DNA of 64,000 bases, from the NCBI RefSeq assembly GCF_030144855.1, contig NC_082719.1:51770001-51834000 (forward strand), given 5' to 3'. The notes under the pieces were generated by a model. It saw only the letters and a list, made by a program, of their open reading frames with translations. It was not told where the DNA came from and ran no database searches. This document shows positions 1-13,548 of this stretch, in pieces (positions within the stretch are counted from its first letter, which is position 1; each line of letters opens with the position of its first letter). The stretch comes from Hypanus sabinus. Taxonomy: Eukaryota. The position numbers and the translations under genes are program-made.

Positions 1-215
1 ACAGACCATGTGAGATCCTCAGTGATGCGTATGCTGAGGAACTTAAAGCTGTTTATCCTCTCAACCCCAGATCCATTGACGTCAATAGGAGTTAGCCTGT
101 CTCTGTTCCTCCTATAGTCCACAACCAGCTCCTTTGTTCTTGCGACATTGAGGGAGAGGTTATTTTCTTGGCACCACAGTGTCAGGGTGATGACTTGTCT
201 GTAGGTTGCCTCATT
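1..215 (-). mobile_element. Rex1/Babar LINE RT C-terminal fragment
   Basis: Reverse translation WCQENNLSLNVARTKELVVDYRR...SFKFLSI.ITEDLTWS; closely similar copy at about 39700-39900. Confidence 0.8.
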
Positions 216-959
216 TTATTTGAAATAAGATTTGAGTTTATTTGAGATACATTAATTCCCATAAATTAATTTATACATGCTATATTTTAACAAGCATTCA
301 CTGGAGTATAGGATAGTGTTCTAAAACCCAACTTCAGTTTGTGTATGGAAATACATGGTTATTTTCAGTATCATGTCTTGTTATTTCAAGGTTCCATAAT
401 AGAAATGATTATTACTACTTTTAGAATGCATTTTCTGTTGAAAATAGGATGACAGATGTGTTCAAGGCATTTTGAAATGAAATTTGATGATCCAGAGAAA
501 CTGATAGGTAAGTAGTTAGAAGCCTTGTTTGTTCAGCAGTGGCAGTTGTTTATAGAAGATTGGGAGATTAATTTCTACACCAAAGACTTAATTACAGAAT
601 CTAGGTTGATATTTCATTGCAGGATTGATAATTGAACTTCTGAGGTTGGGTCTTTTGGCTGAGTTGCTAAATAGAATGCTTTAAGAAGAAAATGGAGAGA
701 GCAAGAAACTTTTCCTCCAGTAGACTGGCTAATAGGTATCCCTCAAAAATAGGTTTGTGAAACCTCTGCTGTATGCACATTGCTGTTCTGATTTTTATAG
801 TACTCGGCACTCTTCAAGAGGTACCTAATTGGATTTGAAACATTTTGTTATATCTTGTAGATGCAAAAGATGCTCTAAAAACACTTAGGTTGCAGAATTG
901 TTTTCTTTGCATTGTTCCCTGTGCATTGACCATAGTGGAGTGATATCTTGATCGTATCT

Positions 960-1670
960 CATCTGTTTCCTAGCTACGGACTCTACCTGCATTTTCCCTG
1001 TAACCTTTAATTATCCTGCTGTGCAAAAATCTATCTATCTTATGTAAATATATTCAATGAGGTAGCCTCTAATGCTTCCCTGGGCACAGAGTTCCACAAA
1101 TACACTACTTTCTGAGAAAAGCAGTTTCTCCTCATTTCCCTGAATCTTGAGGCCATGTCCCCTAGTTCTAGTCTCACCTACAAGTGGAAACAACCTTCCT
1201 ACATCCTATCTTATCTATCCATTCAATAATGTTATATTTTTCTATAAGATCCACTCTCAATCTTCTGAATTCCACCAAGTATTGTCCCAGGCGATTCAGA
1301 ATGTCTTCCTCGGCTAATCCCCTCATTTCCAAAATCATCCTGATGAATCTCATCTGTGCTGCCTCCAAAACTAGCATATCTTTCCTCAAGTAAGGAGACC
1401 AGAACAGCTTGTAGTACTCCAGGTGTGGCTTTGCCAGTGCCGGGTACAGTTGCAGTATTACCTCCCCGCTCTCACATTCAAGCTCTCTTCACAGCAGTGA
1501 AAGCCAACATTTTATTTGCCTTCATGCACAAGCACTCTCAGGTTCCTCTGCACAACAGCACACTGCAGTCTTTCACCATTTAAATGATAATCGGATCTTC
1601 TATTTTTCCTTCCAAAGTGGACGATCTCGCATTTAGCAGTATGTTCTCTGTCTGCTGGACCTTTGCCCAT
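960..1670 (-). mobile_element. CR1 LINE 3' fragment
   Basis: KCEIVHFGRKN, LRKD.LVLE..Q.RF.R.I..MRGL; related to 47580-49220. Confidence 0.85.
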
Positions 1671-2010
1671 ATTAGCGACAGTGTCTCTGATGTGATCCGT
1701 TAACAGTTTCTCTTTCCACATATGTTACTGAGTGTTCTCAGCATGTTTGGTTTCAGATTTCCAGGACCTGAAGTTTTAGTTATTTGCTTCCCCCGCCCCA
1801 CCCCTTGCCATCTGTACCTGTACCTGTTACGTTTGCTCAAGGCACAACTACAACTCAGGTCTTCGTTCCCTGTAAATGTTAAATGAAAAATTTGGGGATA
1901 TATCATTTAACACAGTCAGCATGAAAACCCTTAACAATCTTGTGAATAAATCAGATTTTTTGCCCCATTGTTGCTGTATATTTAACTACTCTTTTCCTGA
2001 AGAATGGAAA

Positions 2011-2143
2011 GCAGAATGCTAGAAGATCCAGCCAGTCAGCAGTATCTGTGGACAAAGAAAGCCATTGACCTTCAACCTGAAACATCACCTGCTTTCCCTT
2101 TCCCCTGATGTAGCTTGACTGGCTAAATTCTTCCAGTAACTGT
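2011..2143. repeat. Fold-back element made of two inverted Penelope-type tails
   Basis: Left arm ...atgctagaagatccagccagtcagcagtatctg is the degenerate reverse complement of right arm ctgatgtagcttgactggctaaattcttccagta; central ctgaaacatc. Confidence 0.55.
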
Positions 2144-2566
2144 TTTATCTGCAGTTTTATTTGTCTTCCACTTGGTATTTGAGAGTATATTCAACTTGCT
2201 GGGTCATCTTGGTTTCTCAGTTCCGTGAGTTCATCTGTGGTTAACTGATAAGAGATCTCAGTCTCTTACAATGATTACTGTAAGACTATTGAATGATAGT
2301 ACAGTAAGATGGATGCTTGACTTCATAATCTAACTTGCTTCGGCTTTGCAACTTATATGTCTACCTGCACTGCACTTTCTCAGTAATGAGAACACTTTAT
2401 TCTGCATTATTATTTTCTCTTAGTATTACCTCAATGCATTAATTAAATTAAATGGTCTGTATGAATGGCAGATTTTTCACTTTACCTTGGTACACGTGAT
2501 AATAATAAACCAATTAAACAATTTGTAATAAATTGGTTTAAATGAAATCCTTTTTATCTGTGATAG

Positions 2567-2774
2567 ATTTTCAGAAGTTATCTCAGATAGACAAGGAGAC
2601 AAAATCACCGATGAAAAAGATCAACCCTGATGTTTGGTTCGATTGGCTTGTGAGTGGAGCTGCTTATGGAAGTCTCCTGTACCTTGTACACTGGATATTC
2701 GGGGAGGTCTCACTTGTTTCACGGTGGGCAGTAAGTGGCCACCCAGAGACCGGACCAGATCCAAATCCTTATGG
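2567..2774 (+). CDS. CWH43: CWH43 coding exon A (first in window; upstream exons apparently outside window)
   Basis: Acceptor tgatag|2567, donor GG|gtaagt. Encodes ...[44 protein letters not shown], matching the CWH43 motif [19 protein letters not shown].GPDPNP recalled from vertebrate orthologs. An alternative acceptor at 2575 is possible. Confidence 0.92.
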
Positions 2775-3369
2775 GTAAGTCATGGGTTACATGGAGAGCT
2801 CAACTATGGGTCAGAATTTCCTGCAACAGTATTACCTTTTGGAAACAGGACCAATGTAAACTTGTTTTGCCTGCCTGGGATATATTCAACTTTTCTGATA
2901 GATTTGTGACCCTGACTCTGATGCATTTGAATTGTCCAAGCATTATTTGTTTTTATTTCATTTGCAGTTTGTTATTTAAATATTTTATTATGTTTGATGT
3001 CTGAAGTGTTTAGTTGTCATCCAATGTATTCAGACATTTGTTTTTATTTCCACCGTGTAATTACTGGCTCATTCATTTGCAATCCTTGTTCTTGAATGAA
3101 TAAGCACTTGATATTGAACTGTGAGCTGAAATACCACTCGAGCAGCAAGCTGGAGTTGACTAATGAAGGTCCTCAGGGGTCTTTGAATATAAAAGTGCGG
3201 TGTTACTGTCAATGTTGCTCATTTAGTTCCTGATTTGACTTGTGTACATTTAAGAGGGAGAAGGAAATGGTGTTTGAGATTGTGGGCGTTAGAGGCGACT
3301 GTGCTTGAACAGGGTGGTGGTAATGGCTGTGAGAGGGGATCAAGCTACAATCAATGAGTGATGGAATTA

Positions 3370-4200
3370 TAGAAAAGTATAGCACAGAATCAGGCCCTTC
3401 AGCCCATCTAGCCCATGCCAAAACATTTAAACTCCCATCGATATGCACTGGAACCATAGGCATCCTTACCCCTGCCATCTGTTTTATTTAACCTATTTTT
3501 CCAACTGGTCCAGATCCCTCTGCAAGCCACGATGGCATTCTTGCTGTCCATTGTACACCCCATCTTGATGTCATCTGCAAATACCTCTTCGCTCCCCCCT
3601 CGTGCAACCCCCTCACACACCCAAACCCCCTCTCACATTCCCCCTCTCTGCCACTCCCTGCATTACTCTAAATCTCATGGTCTGTAGTATAGGTCATATC
3701 TTTCTTATTACTCAGTTCAACCCATAATGCCTCACTAGACAAGTTCTCCAGACTGTCCTGACTGAGCACTTCAGTAATAATGCCAGCCCTCCTCCTCTAA
3801 TTCCTCCTGCTCTGTCACATCTAGAACAACGGAACTCCAGAATTTGAGCTGCTAGTCCTGCCCCTCCTGCAACCAAGTCTCACTAGTGTCTACGATATCA
3901 TAATTCCAGGTGTTGGTGGATGCCCTGAAATTATGTTCTTGCATTGATGTATATGCAACTCAGGACATCAGTCGCACAATGCTCAACCTTTTCGATTCCT
4001 GACTCCCCAACCACTCCACTATCTGCTCTGGCACTCTGGTTCCCATCCCCCTGCAATACTAATTTAAGCCACCCCATGAAGCACTCGCAAACCTCTCAGC
4101 AAGGCTATCCGTCCCCTTCCAGTTCAGGTGTAAACCGTTTCTTCTGGAAGTGAGACCAATGATCCAAAGATCTTAATACCTTCCTCCTACACCAATGTAT
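3370..4200 (-). mobile_element. Heavily deleted CR1 LINE (tail, RT, APE and ORF1 scraps)
   Basis: CR1 3' tail, FADDIKMG motif in ORF 3408-3620, GGGLALL-like endonuclease fragment, DG(L)HLN-like esterase remnant near 4110-4140. Confidence 0.65.
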
Positions 4201-6004
4201 CAATGTTACGAGCTCTTTAGTTCCATCTGCGTAGTGCCTGCATACCAGTTACTTTTATAAGCTTGCTCTAAATTTAGTGGGAGGAGCACCTCTAAATAAT
4301 GACATTGGAGGCTGTGTGTTTGTCTAGTGATTGATGGAAGAACAGGCAAGGCCACATCACATTTCCAGAATAACTCTGCTTCTGAAAATGTGGAAATATT
4401 GAAACTAACATTACGAGACCTGTTTCCAAAAACTCCGTTTCTAATAATATTATGGGCTTTATTTTTAAACATGTTATATAATCATTTCACCACAAACATT
4501 TTTTTTGCTTTTTTTAAACGATCTGAATATTTTTCCCATTTGGCTGCTGATACGAGAGAAGTGGGTGTCTGAGGCAAATGTTTTTATGATTGTGTTTAGT
4601 TGACACTGTAATATGACTCTAGGTAATTTTATGGATATTTTACAAACTTTCAACAAATCATTTACAGGATCCAGTTTTAGAGCTTTGCAAGACAAAAAAA
4701 AATCCATAAGCAATGTTCTAACCTGACTGTAGCACGTATTGATTTGAGATCCAGATTTTGCTGAAAATTACTTATTCTATTTTGGAATAAGTAACTTCTT
4801 TGAGTTTTGCATATTTTCAAAGGTAATAATACCTATTAATTCCTCACTGGCCTTCAAACACATTGTGCTGTTAGACTCAGGTGATCCCTTTTCTGTTTCC
4901 TTTCTTAAATTCTTACAGATTTTGCAAGCATCTTTCTTCAATTTACTTGAATCTCTCAACCTGATCGCCAAAGAAAATTTGCTGTAGATGAATTATGAAT
5001 AGGAAAAAGATAAATTATTTAGCTTTAAGATTGTCAGAACATCATTCACTGTTAATTGTACATGTTATACAATATGTGTTACCATTCAGTTACTGTGGAT
5101 AAAGGGATAATTATTCACAGAAGGTGAATTGTCGTTTCGCTTTGTACATGGAGTTCTTCAGGCCCGCTTAAATATTAATAAAGGCTTGGCTGATCTGATT
5201 GTAATCTCCATTCCATATTAACTTTTTACCCCCTAATTACTAAATATCTAACTCCGTCTTAAAACTATTCAAACACTGGGCCTTTCGAGGAAGTGGGTTT
5301 CAAGGATTTGCACTCTGTTGAGAGCAAAATCTAAACCATCACTGCTTTAAATTGGTGGCCATAGTTGTCTGGATACTCTCCATGTCTAACTTGTCAAGAC
5401 TCTTCAGGATTTTGTCTTTCAATCTAGTCATGTCTTGTTTTTCCAAAACTGCAGTGTTACAAGATCAGCCTGCCTATCAAGAGACAGCCTGCTCACTCTA
5501 GAAATTAATCCATTGAAACTCCCTGAAATGATTCCAACCATTATTATCCTTGAATATCCTTGTGTATTGAATATTTCAATGATATTGTAAATATATTGTC
5601 TGATTAAGTATTCTTTACATAATTCGACATAGGTTAGATGTAAAAGTACATGAATAGCATACACCATCATGTCATAAGTGTGCACCTCACCAAAGTAAAA
5701 CTAAACTAGTCACGAGTTATTCCTGTCTCCGTGTTTTTCTTTCAATTAGTTTTATGTTTGAATTACGAAACATAACAGTAGTGATGAGGAAGTTTTAAAC
5801 CCAAGATGACTCCCTACCTGTTGAAGTATAGGGAGATGTACATTTTTTTTTTAAAAGATGCAGTGAGACGTTTGAGTTTTTTTAAAGTTGCAGCATGTGT
5901 TCTTCGGAAGGGAAGAGATATGTCGATTTTCTTTTATATTAAAAAAAAAAGGCAGAAAATGGACAGGATCTTTGGGTTCATAAACAGTGAGTATGTGTTG
6001 ATAA

Positions 6005-6779
6005 TGTTACGAACCCGTAGGTTTTGTTTGCTGTGGACTGTCAATTTAAGGAAGTGCCTGAGTGAGGCGGGACTATGATGTCTGTCACCGGCTGACACTG
6101 TTGCTTGCAGATGTTTAAATAACCACGAGGGAGACTGGAAAAAGCCAGTAGCTTCAGCTTGTCACAGCTGGGGTCTGGAACTCTCCTATGCCCACAAGGA
6201 TGGGTTGATTATCGATCCAGTGCACATCAAATGCATGGCTATCATCTTGTATAATCCACAGGAGTTGATTTTGTTTGGGATATCCTGTGGAGACCTCTTA
6301 AGTGTTAACCCTTACCTGGGTATGTGGTGTGGTAATTCACTTGAAGACGATATCCCTGTGACAAGTCACTTTCAGTGATAATTCGTCTGTGGATTTGGAA
6401 TGAAGATGGATAAAATCTACGGCGGCTGTTATCTCGTTTTGCCATCATGGAACCTACGGAATTTGATATAATTGCCTTCTCTCTACTTTTACCCTGGATT
6501 ACAAACATCTCTCTCCTATCATTTATTCTGTGGATGAACTGAACTTTCCCTACTTTACCATCTCAAGACTCTAAGCTTGGTTTTCCCCTCCAAGCTCAAT
6601 ATAGTTTGGGAGGTATTTATACACATATTTACGCATAACACTTAACTTTTGTTTATCTTGGTTTAAGTTACTATATTATAAGTGGTTACTAATAAAGATA
6701 ATGGTTTTAACATCAAAACTAGACTCCATGTGTAGTCTATTGCTGCTGGTTCATTTCTAAAACGTTATAGTTCGTAACA
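6005..6779 (+). mobile_element. Solo LTR (775 bp) nested in the Gypsy leader
   Basis: Perfect 10-bp inverted termini TGTTACGAAC...GTTCGTAACA; 4-bp TSD ATAA (6001-6004, 6780-6783); AATAAA at 6691. Confidence 0.88.
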
Positions 6780-7903
6780 ATAATCATAAATTTAAAAAAG
6801 TAGAAATGGCTGCCTATTATCGGAAGGTTAGATGCGTTCAATTGCTCAAAAGATAATTGGATATTTTATACGGAGTGTATTCAGTAGTATTTTAAAGCAA
6901 ATGGAATAGCCTTTGAGAAATGATTGCCCGTTTTGCTGAGTGCATTGGGTGGAAAGGATTACAGATTGCTCAGACATTTGACTGCTCTGACCAAACGAGC
7001 CACAATGAGCTTTGCTGATATTATGAAAGTAATGCAGGAACATTTAGAAGCAAAACCATTGTTGATTGCGGAATGCTTTTGATTTCATAAGTAGTATCAA
7101 CAGGAAGGGGAGTCCATTTCAGCTTCAGTTGCTGAATTGAAGAGATTATACGAGCATTGTCAGTTCAATGATAGGCTTAGTGATGCATTGAGGGATGGTT
7201 TGTGAGATGTTGGAGTACTTGAATGGGAGAGACTTTACCCTCATTACTAATCATCAGCCACTAGCGTCCATTTTCAATCCACAGAAGGGTGTTCCACAAA
7301 CATCAGCAGAGATGGGGTCTGTTTCTTAAAGGACACAATTTCAAGATCGAATTGAAGAGAATATCTAATTATGGAAATGCTGACTGATTGTTCCCGTTTT
7401 CTCTTGGAAAAGGAAATACTTGAAAAATTTACAAAATTGCAGTATTCTCCCTAATGCAAATCGAAAGTTCCGTTACGGCAGAGATGATCTAAAGAGAAAC
7501 ATATTGTCTCAGGTCTACATGGCTGCACAAAATGGCTGGAATATGCAGCAGAAATTCTCATTTCCCCTTTTTTTTAAAATCAGCTCCGGGGTGAACTTGC
7601 CCTTGATGGAGGTTGCCTTATTGGGGATTGACAGTTGTTATTCCATCAAAGATGAGATTGTTTTCAAGCACAAGTCTCACCTACCAAGCAGAGTCACCTC
7701 CCTGATCAGAAAAGATGTTATCTCAGAAGAGTAAGAAATCCTCCACAGCGAATTAAAATCTTTAGTCCTGAATGGGACAATTTAAAATTAACTATGCTGT
7801 GGATGTCTATACAGTAGTTGTTTTATATAACATATAGCAGATACTTGAGATGCATTCTATAGTCACCTGGAGTTTATAGCTCAGCAAGGAGGAGTATTGT
7901 CTA

Positions 7904-8117
7904 CAGGTGTCCTCTGCTTTACGAATGTTCGCTTTACTCCACTTCACTTTTACAAAAGACCTACATTAGTAACCTGTTTTTGCATTACAAAGAGGATTTT
8001 TGCTTTTACAAAAATTTTTCCCATATTAATGGTTCTTCGCTTTACGCCATTTCAGCTTAAGAAAAGTTTCATAGAATGCTCTACCTTTGTAAAGGTGGGT
8101 GGGGGGGAGACCACCTG
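7904..8117. mobile_element. Tc1/mariner (Tigger/pogo-like) MITE inside the Gypsy 3' LTR
   Basis: TA|CAGGTGTCCTCTGCTTTAC ... GTAAAGGTGGG..ACCACCTG|CA degenerate terminal inverted repeats; interrupts the 3' LTR relative to the 5' LTR. Confidence 0.75.
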
Positions 8118-9125
8118 CACTTAATATTTCCATAATATTTGAGTATTGTTGTAAATATATTGTTTGGTTAAGCATTCTTTGTGTACATAATTCATTATGG
8201 ATTATGTGTAAAAGTACATAAATGGCATATGTCATCGTGCCACCATGTCTTTAAGTCCACCCCTCACTAAAATAAACAAAACTAGAGATGAGTTACTCCT
8301 GGCTCTGTGTTTATCTTTCAATTAGTTTTATGTTTTGAAGTTACAAAACAAAGGAGACCAATACTGTACACCATACTCCAGATGTGATTGAACTTATGTC
8401 CTAAATTATTGAGGCATAACCTCCACATTTTTCTATTCACTTCTCCCAGGAATAAATGACGATTGCTAGCTTTCCTCAGTACTTGTTGTACTTGACTGCT
8501 AGTCTTTCGGGAATTGTGTATTCTGTACACAGAATTTGTTAATAAATGTACTTTGAAACTTTGGATATAAAGACCCCTCTGTGCCACATATCTTCAATCT
8601 TGCATCTACATGCTTTGTTTTTGCTTGGCATAATGAACAATATCACATTTTCCCACATTATATTCCAATGCCAGGTCTTTGTTACTTATCCATATCCTTT
8701 CTGTAACCTCCTGTGTTGTCCTCACATTTACTTTGTGACCTATATTTGTGTTGCCGTCTAACCTCCCCCACATTCAGATTCACATGTTTCAATGCACAGT
8801 TGCAGCAAATAGTGATGAGCTGACTAGCATGGAGGATGTCTCTGCCAGCCAGAGGTGACTGGATTTCAGAAAACCGTTCCAGTATTACAATTTCAGGTTA
8901 GCCTACTTGATTCGTGTGCGTGTGTTTTGTAAGGAGTGAACAAAAAAAGGAAAGCTGGAGCAATAGTTGCTAAGGTGGGCTGACAGTATATGTGATGTAA
9001 ATATTTCTGGCCTTGTCAAAGAGATACAAGTGCTAATGAACTTAATGTCTTGTGAGATTCTTCCTGCATTGCTCTCAAGTACAAGATAAATCAGTGTGGG
9101 AATCAGCCCTTCTTCATTTATGTCC

Positions 9126-11062
9126 TAGGTGGTTCCCCTTGGTCAGTTTCCCAACCTTTTTTAGCCCAACACCCTCTAGATCACTTTCATACTTGCCAAT
9201 GCTCTCCTGAAGCACCTTCATACTTGCCTATGCCCCACAGGCAGAGTATATTTTCTGGTGCTCTCTTTATGTAAGAGCATGTCTACCATATGCTAACATT
9301 ACTGCTATAAAATTTTAATTGTCTTTAAACTTAGCTTACATGGTACCTGTGCACTGTACAGCAGCTTCGATATCAAAGTAATCCTTGATGGTTTTTAGTA
9401 AGCATTAAATTATCTGGTTCAAGTTGTGACAGCAAAAGCCTTAAGTCCCCATATGTAACAATGTCCAAGCAGTTTCTATTTCTTGTGAGTATGTGGTTTA
9501 CTGCACTGAAGCCCCTCTCAACAAGGTAGGAGGATGGAAACGCAATGAAGAACAACTTGGCTTCTCTCCAAAGACCAGGAAACGTCATTTGACGGTGTAG
9601 CCACATACCAATAAAGCCAACATTTTTGAAAAGCACTTTTGCCTCTTTATCTTTCTGAATTTTGATAATTTCTTCTTGCAAGCTCTCTTCCTGTTCTTCC
9701 ATCTTGCAAAGAATGGGTTAATTACCCAATCTGGAATTTCCTTTAATCAATTCTGAAAATCCTCCTTTTGTGACCGCAGGCGTAGCAGTACTCTTGCAAA
9801 TCACTGTCTGTGAAAGAAAATGCCATACTTTCCATGCAGGGAAACTGAGAACATTCTTCTCCCAATGTTTTGCTTATATATTTCCAATTTTTCAATAAAA
9901 GTGGATACTTCATTTTTTGCCTGGATTAAACTGAAAAAATCTCAACTTTTAGTTTCATATTTAAATATTCATTTTGTCATACAGATTGGCTAGGTATGCC
10001 ACGTAGTTCAATCTTGTTTCTGAAACTCTTGTCGACTTGAGCAAAAATTCAATCACAGTGTCAAAAAGATCAAAGAAATGTTTTAAGCAGCAGCCTTTTG
10101 ACAGCCAACACAGTTCAGTGTGAAGAAGCAAGCATTCAAACTCTTCATTGTTATCTTGGCATAACTGGAGAGAGAGCAGATATGACAAGAGTCAGGCTTG
10201 AAGAGAGTTGCTGGCTGAGGTTTTTTGGCTGCAAGATGTTGAGGATGAATTAAATAATGGATTGCAAATATACTTGGAATTTCTTTTTTCACAAATGCCA
10301 CTAAACCAGCATGGTAACTTATCATATATGGTACTCCATAAGTTACACAAGAAATCATGTTCCTAATCGGAATACCTTTATCCTCAATATACGTTTTGTG
10401 TTTGTCTAAGACTGGTTCTCCATTGATATTTGTTTCTAACTTTTTACAAAAGAGAATTTCATAAACTTTTCCATTTTTGAAAAACCATACATATGCCATT
10501 AGCAATGCCTTGTTGTCTTGCACAGTTCACTCATCCAGTTGTATTCCAAATTCTGCTTTTTTGTAGCTCTGAGTATCAACTATGCACAATGTCATCACTC
10601 ATTTTGTCATTATGACAAGCTACAGGTCTGACTCAGAGGGATTAATTTTACAATACTGGAATCCATTTTGAGAACAGTGGTGAGCACTTCCGATACAGCA
10701 CGCATTATTAATCTTTCATGAGACTTTCTGTGCCATTAGTCAAGGGGAAGTGTTGAGCACCCTGGCTGTTAATTTATGCATCGCCAATAACGTCTGTTTG
10801 GTAAGGTTGGATACGATTGCCGAGTTTCAGGCACGCTGTAATGACGAGTGCTCACTGCCTGCAGAGCTATTGTTCTTCCTGAGTTCCACTGCCTCACTCT
10901 CTTTTGGAAGTGCCTGTTCTCCAACTATTGGTCAGATCTTGTGCCTCAAGTTAGGGTGCTGCTTACTGACTCTCCCCCAAGAATGTTGAACACCTCCCTG
11001 ATGAATTCTATTTTGCCTAACACCCCCTTAGGATATGTAACCACACCTGCTGGGAATCACTA
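9126..11062 (-). mobile_element. hAT (Charlie/Buster, ZBED5/SCAND3-like) DNA transposon fossil
   Basis: Frameshifted transposase: ALLMAYVWF..EILFCKKL, LLLHTELCWLSKG..L..F, LF.AFPSSYLVERGFSAV..ILT..RN.L....GDLRLLL; terminal ..GTTCCCAACC/..GGGAATCACTA-type ends (boundaries approximate). Confidence 0.85.
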
Positions 11063-11786
11063 CTCAACGGTCACCCTCAGCCTCCACCTCCAGAGAATCT
11101 CTGAGTCTTTTTTAAGTGAAAAAAAATTGCATCTCAATCATTGTTTCAGAAATCCATATTTAAAAAGGTGGGTTGTCATCAATAGAATACAAAATGCTTG
11201 AATTGAACAACAAGTCAGTTGAGAGAGAACTGGAGAAGTGAAGGTGGAAAAAGCATCTTGATGCAAAGAGAACAGAAAGAATGTCTGTGAACGAGTGCAG
11301 GCTAAATTTGTCAAAATTACATTGAGTTTCCAATAAAAAGCAATTGGGTATGAAAGGACAAAACAAACAAAATTGAAAATGAGTACAGTGACACTCTGGA
11401 TGCAAAAACCAGGGTTGTTACTTGAAATTGTTAATTTAGATATTAAGGCCTGGGGGCTGCAACCTGTCTCCATTCATTCTGCAAGCATGACTCTGAACTT
11501 CCAGACACCTGTTCCTCTCCCTCTCTCCGCCTCTCCACTTTCTATCTTGTCTTGCCTTTTCTTTTGCAGCTCACATTTTTGCCTTTTATCTCATTCCGTC
11601 TCTTCTTCTCATCCTTCATTATCTACTTCATTCTTCTATACCGATCCCCAGTTACTGCAGAAATTCAAAATGTTACTGGGGTGGGGGGAAGGGGCTGAGA
11701 GTTTTGAAGTTTATTTAACTTGCATTTACGACAGATACAGGGTATTTTTAAAATGTTTTCTAAAATAAGCTTCCTTTGTCTTTCAG

Positions 11787-11869
11787 GGGTGTGATTTTGG
11801 TTGCCCTGGCTTTTGGTGTGATGTTAACATTTTGGGCCTCTGTTGACACCATTGCCTTTTGGCTAACAG
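11787..11869 (+). CDS. CWH43: CWH43 coding exon B
   Basis: tttcag| ... ACAG|gtatga; 83 nt, phase-compatible with both neighbours; hydrophobic GVILVALAFGVMLTFWASVDTIAFWLTG. Confidence 0.9.
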
Positions 11870-12159
11870 GTATGAGATTTATAGTGTTTGAATGTACTTT
11901 GTATTTGTGGAGAAACATTTTTCACTGTAGGTGCATGCTAATCTGTGGACCTATGATACCTAAACTAAGCTGATGCTGTATTCCTGTTGTCAAATCATTA
12001 CGGGTCAGCTGGCATTTTGGCCATGTGGCTTTTATAGCTATTCCAGTTCTGTTCCCGTGTGCTACTTGCAAATAAATAGCAGATATCATAAGCTGCTAAT
12101 AATACAGCCATGGATGGCAGAATTTCAGATGGTGATGGAAGGACATACAGGAGCAAGAT

Positions 12160-12790
12160 ATACTAGTTAGTTGAGTGATGTCGCAGCAACAACCTTGCAG
12201 CCAACATCAGCAAGATGAAAGAGCTGATTGTAGACATCAGGGAGGGTAAGATGAGGGAACACAAGCCAATCCTCATTGAGGGATCAGAAGTGGAGAGTGA
12301 GCAGTTTCAAGTTCCTGGGTCTCACTGTCTCTGAGGACATAACCTGGACACAACATATTGACGCAGATATAAAGGCAAGACTGACTATATTTCATTGGTA
12401 GTTTGAGGAGGTTTGATTTGTCAACTAAAGCACTCAGACTTTAATAAATGTGCTGTGGAGAGCATTCTGACTGGCTGCATCACTGTCTGGTATGGGGGGG
12501 GGGGAGGTGGAGGGCTGCTACTGCACAGATCAAAATAATTTGCAGAAACTTTTAAAATTAGTCAGCTCTATCATGGGTACCAGCCTCTGCAGCATCCAAG
12601 ACATCTTCACAGTATAGTGCCTTAAGAAGGCGACGTCCATCGCTAAGGATCCCCACCACCGAGGAACATGCCCTCTTCACACTGTTACTGTCAAGAAGGA
12701 AGTACAGAAGCCTGAAGGCACACACTCAGTGATTCAGGTACAGCTTCTCCCCTTCTGACACCCGATTCTGAAATGGATATTGAACACTAC
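12160..12790 (+). mobile_element. Rex1/Babar LINE 3' fragment
   Basis: NNL..NISK.KELIVD, SFKFLG...SEDITW, VESILTGCITVWYG. Confidence 0.8.
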
Positions 12791-13548
12791 CTCGCTATTT
12801 ATTGTTTGTTATTTTGCACTACTTATTTTAACTTAACTATTCAATAGACAACGAGTGAGAAGAATGTCTCATACAAGCCCAAGATAAGTACTGAAGTACA
12901 GTAGTTTTTCAATGTGCCAAAAGGAGAATCCAACAAGTCTCTAACATGGGTGTGGTAATGTCAATGCTGTTTAGGTCAGCTTAACTTCAAAGCATCCACC
13001 TCCTCCTACGTTAATTTAGTGAATGTCTACAGGATGTCAATAGATACTTTTTGGGGAAAGGCCAATATTTTAATTGCCTTCCCAATGGAAGTCAACAAGC
13101 GTATATCTAAATAGGGTATGGGAAAGTTTTAAGTATTGGGCAATCTCAAAAAAAGCAAATTATGTATTTTTAAATATCTCTTGATAGTAGATAGTTAAAG
13201 CGTGGAATTTACCGCAGGCCGTTGTTGAAGCAGAGTCGGTGAATTCTTTTCAAAGGAAAGTACTTTAAAATGAAGAGAGTGGAATCAATTACATGCTCAA
13301 TTGGAGGGGAGAAAATGATGCAGAATAACTATATATTTCACTAAAAATATTTAAATTTTTTTTTGCATAGTTCCATTCAGAATTGTGCAGCAAGATTTGG
13401 CCTTTACCAGAATTATAATCCTTGGTTTCAGCAATTTTTATAGACAGGCTTGGTTTATTGAATGAAGTTCTAACTTGCACTAATTCTATAGTGTCTGTTG
13501 CATGGAGATTGCTATTACAGTAGTAATTTTTTATTATTGCCATTACAG

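Larger units (their letters stand above)
5561..8350 (+). mobile_element. Internally deleted Gypsy LTR retrotransposon with both LTRs
   Basis: Direct repeats about 5561-5777 and 7895-8350; PBS-like gtagtgatgagg at 5778; polypurine tract gcaaggaggag 7884-7894; decayed gag (IGRLDAF..DNW..Y...YFKANGI; EHLEAKPLLIAE) fused to an RNase H fragment (FTLITNHQPLASIF). Confidence 0.85.

Noticed and set aside
216-2566. Additional upstream CWH43 exon
   Set aside because: I found no splice-bounded segment with CWH43-like translation; the region is repeats and AT-rich intron.
9373-10523. Domesticated ZBED5/SCAND3-like gene nested in the intron
   Set aside because: Multiple frameshifts and stops, no splice signals restoring the frame, and transposon-type ends.
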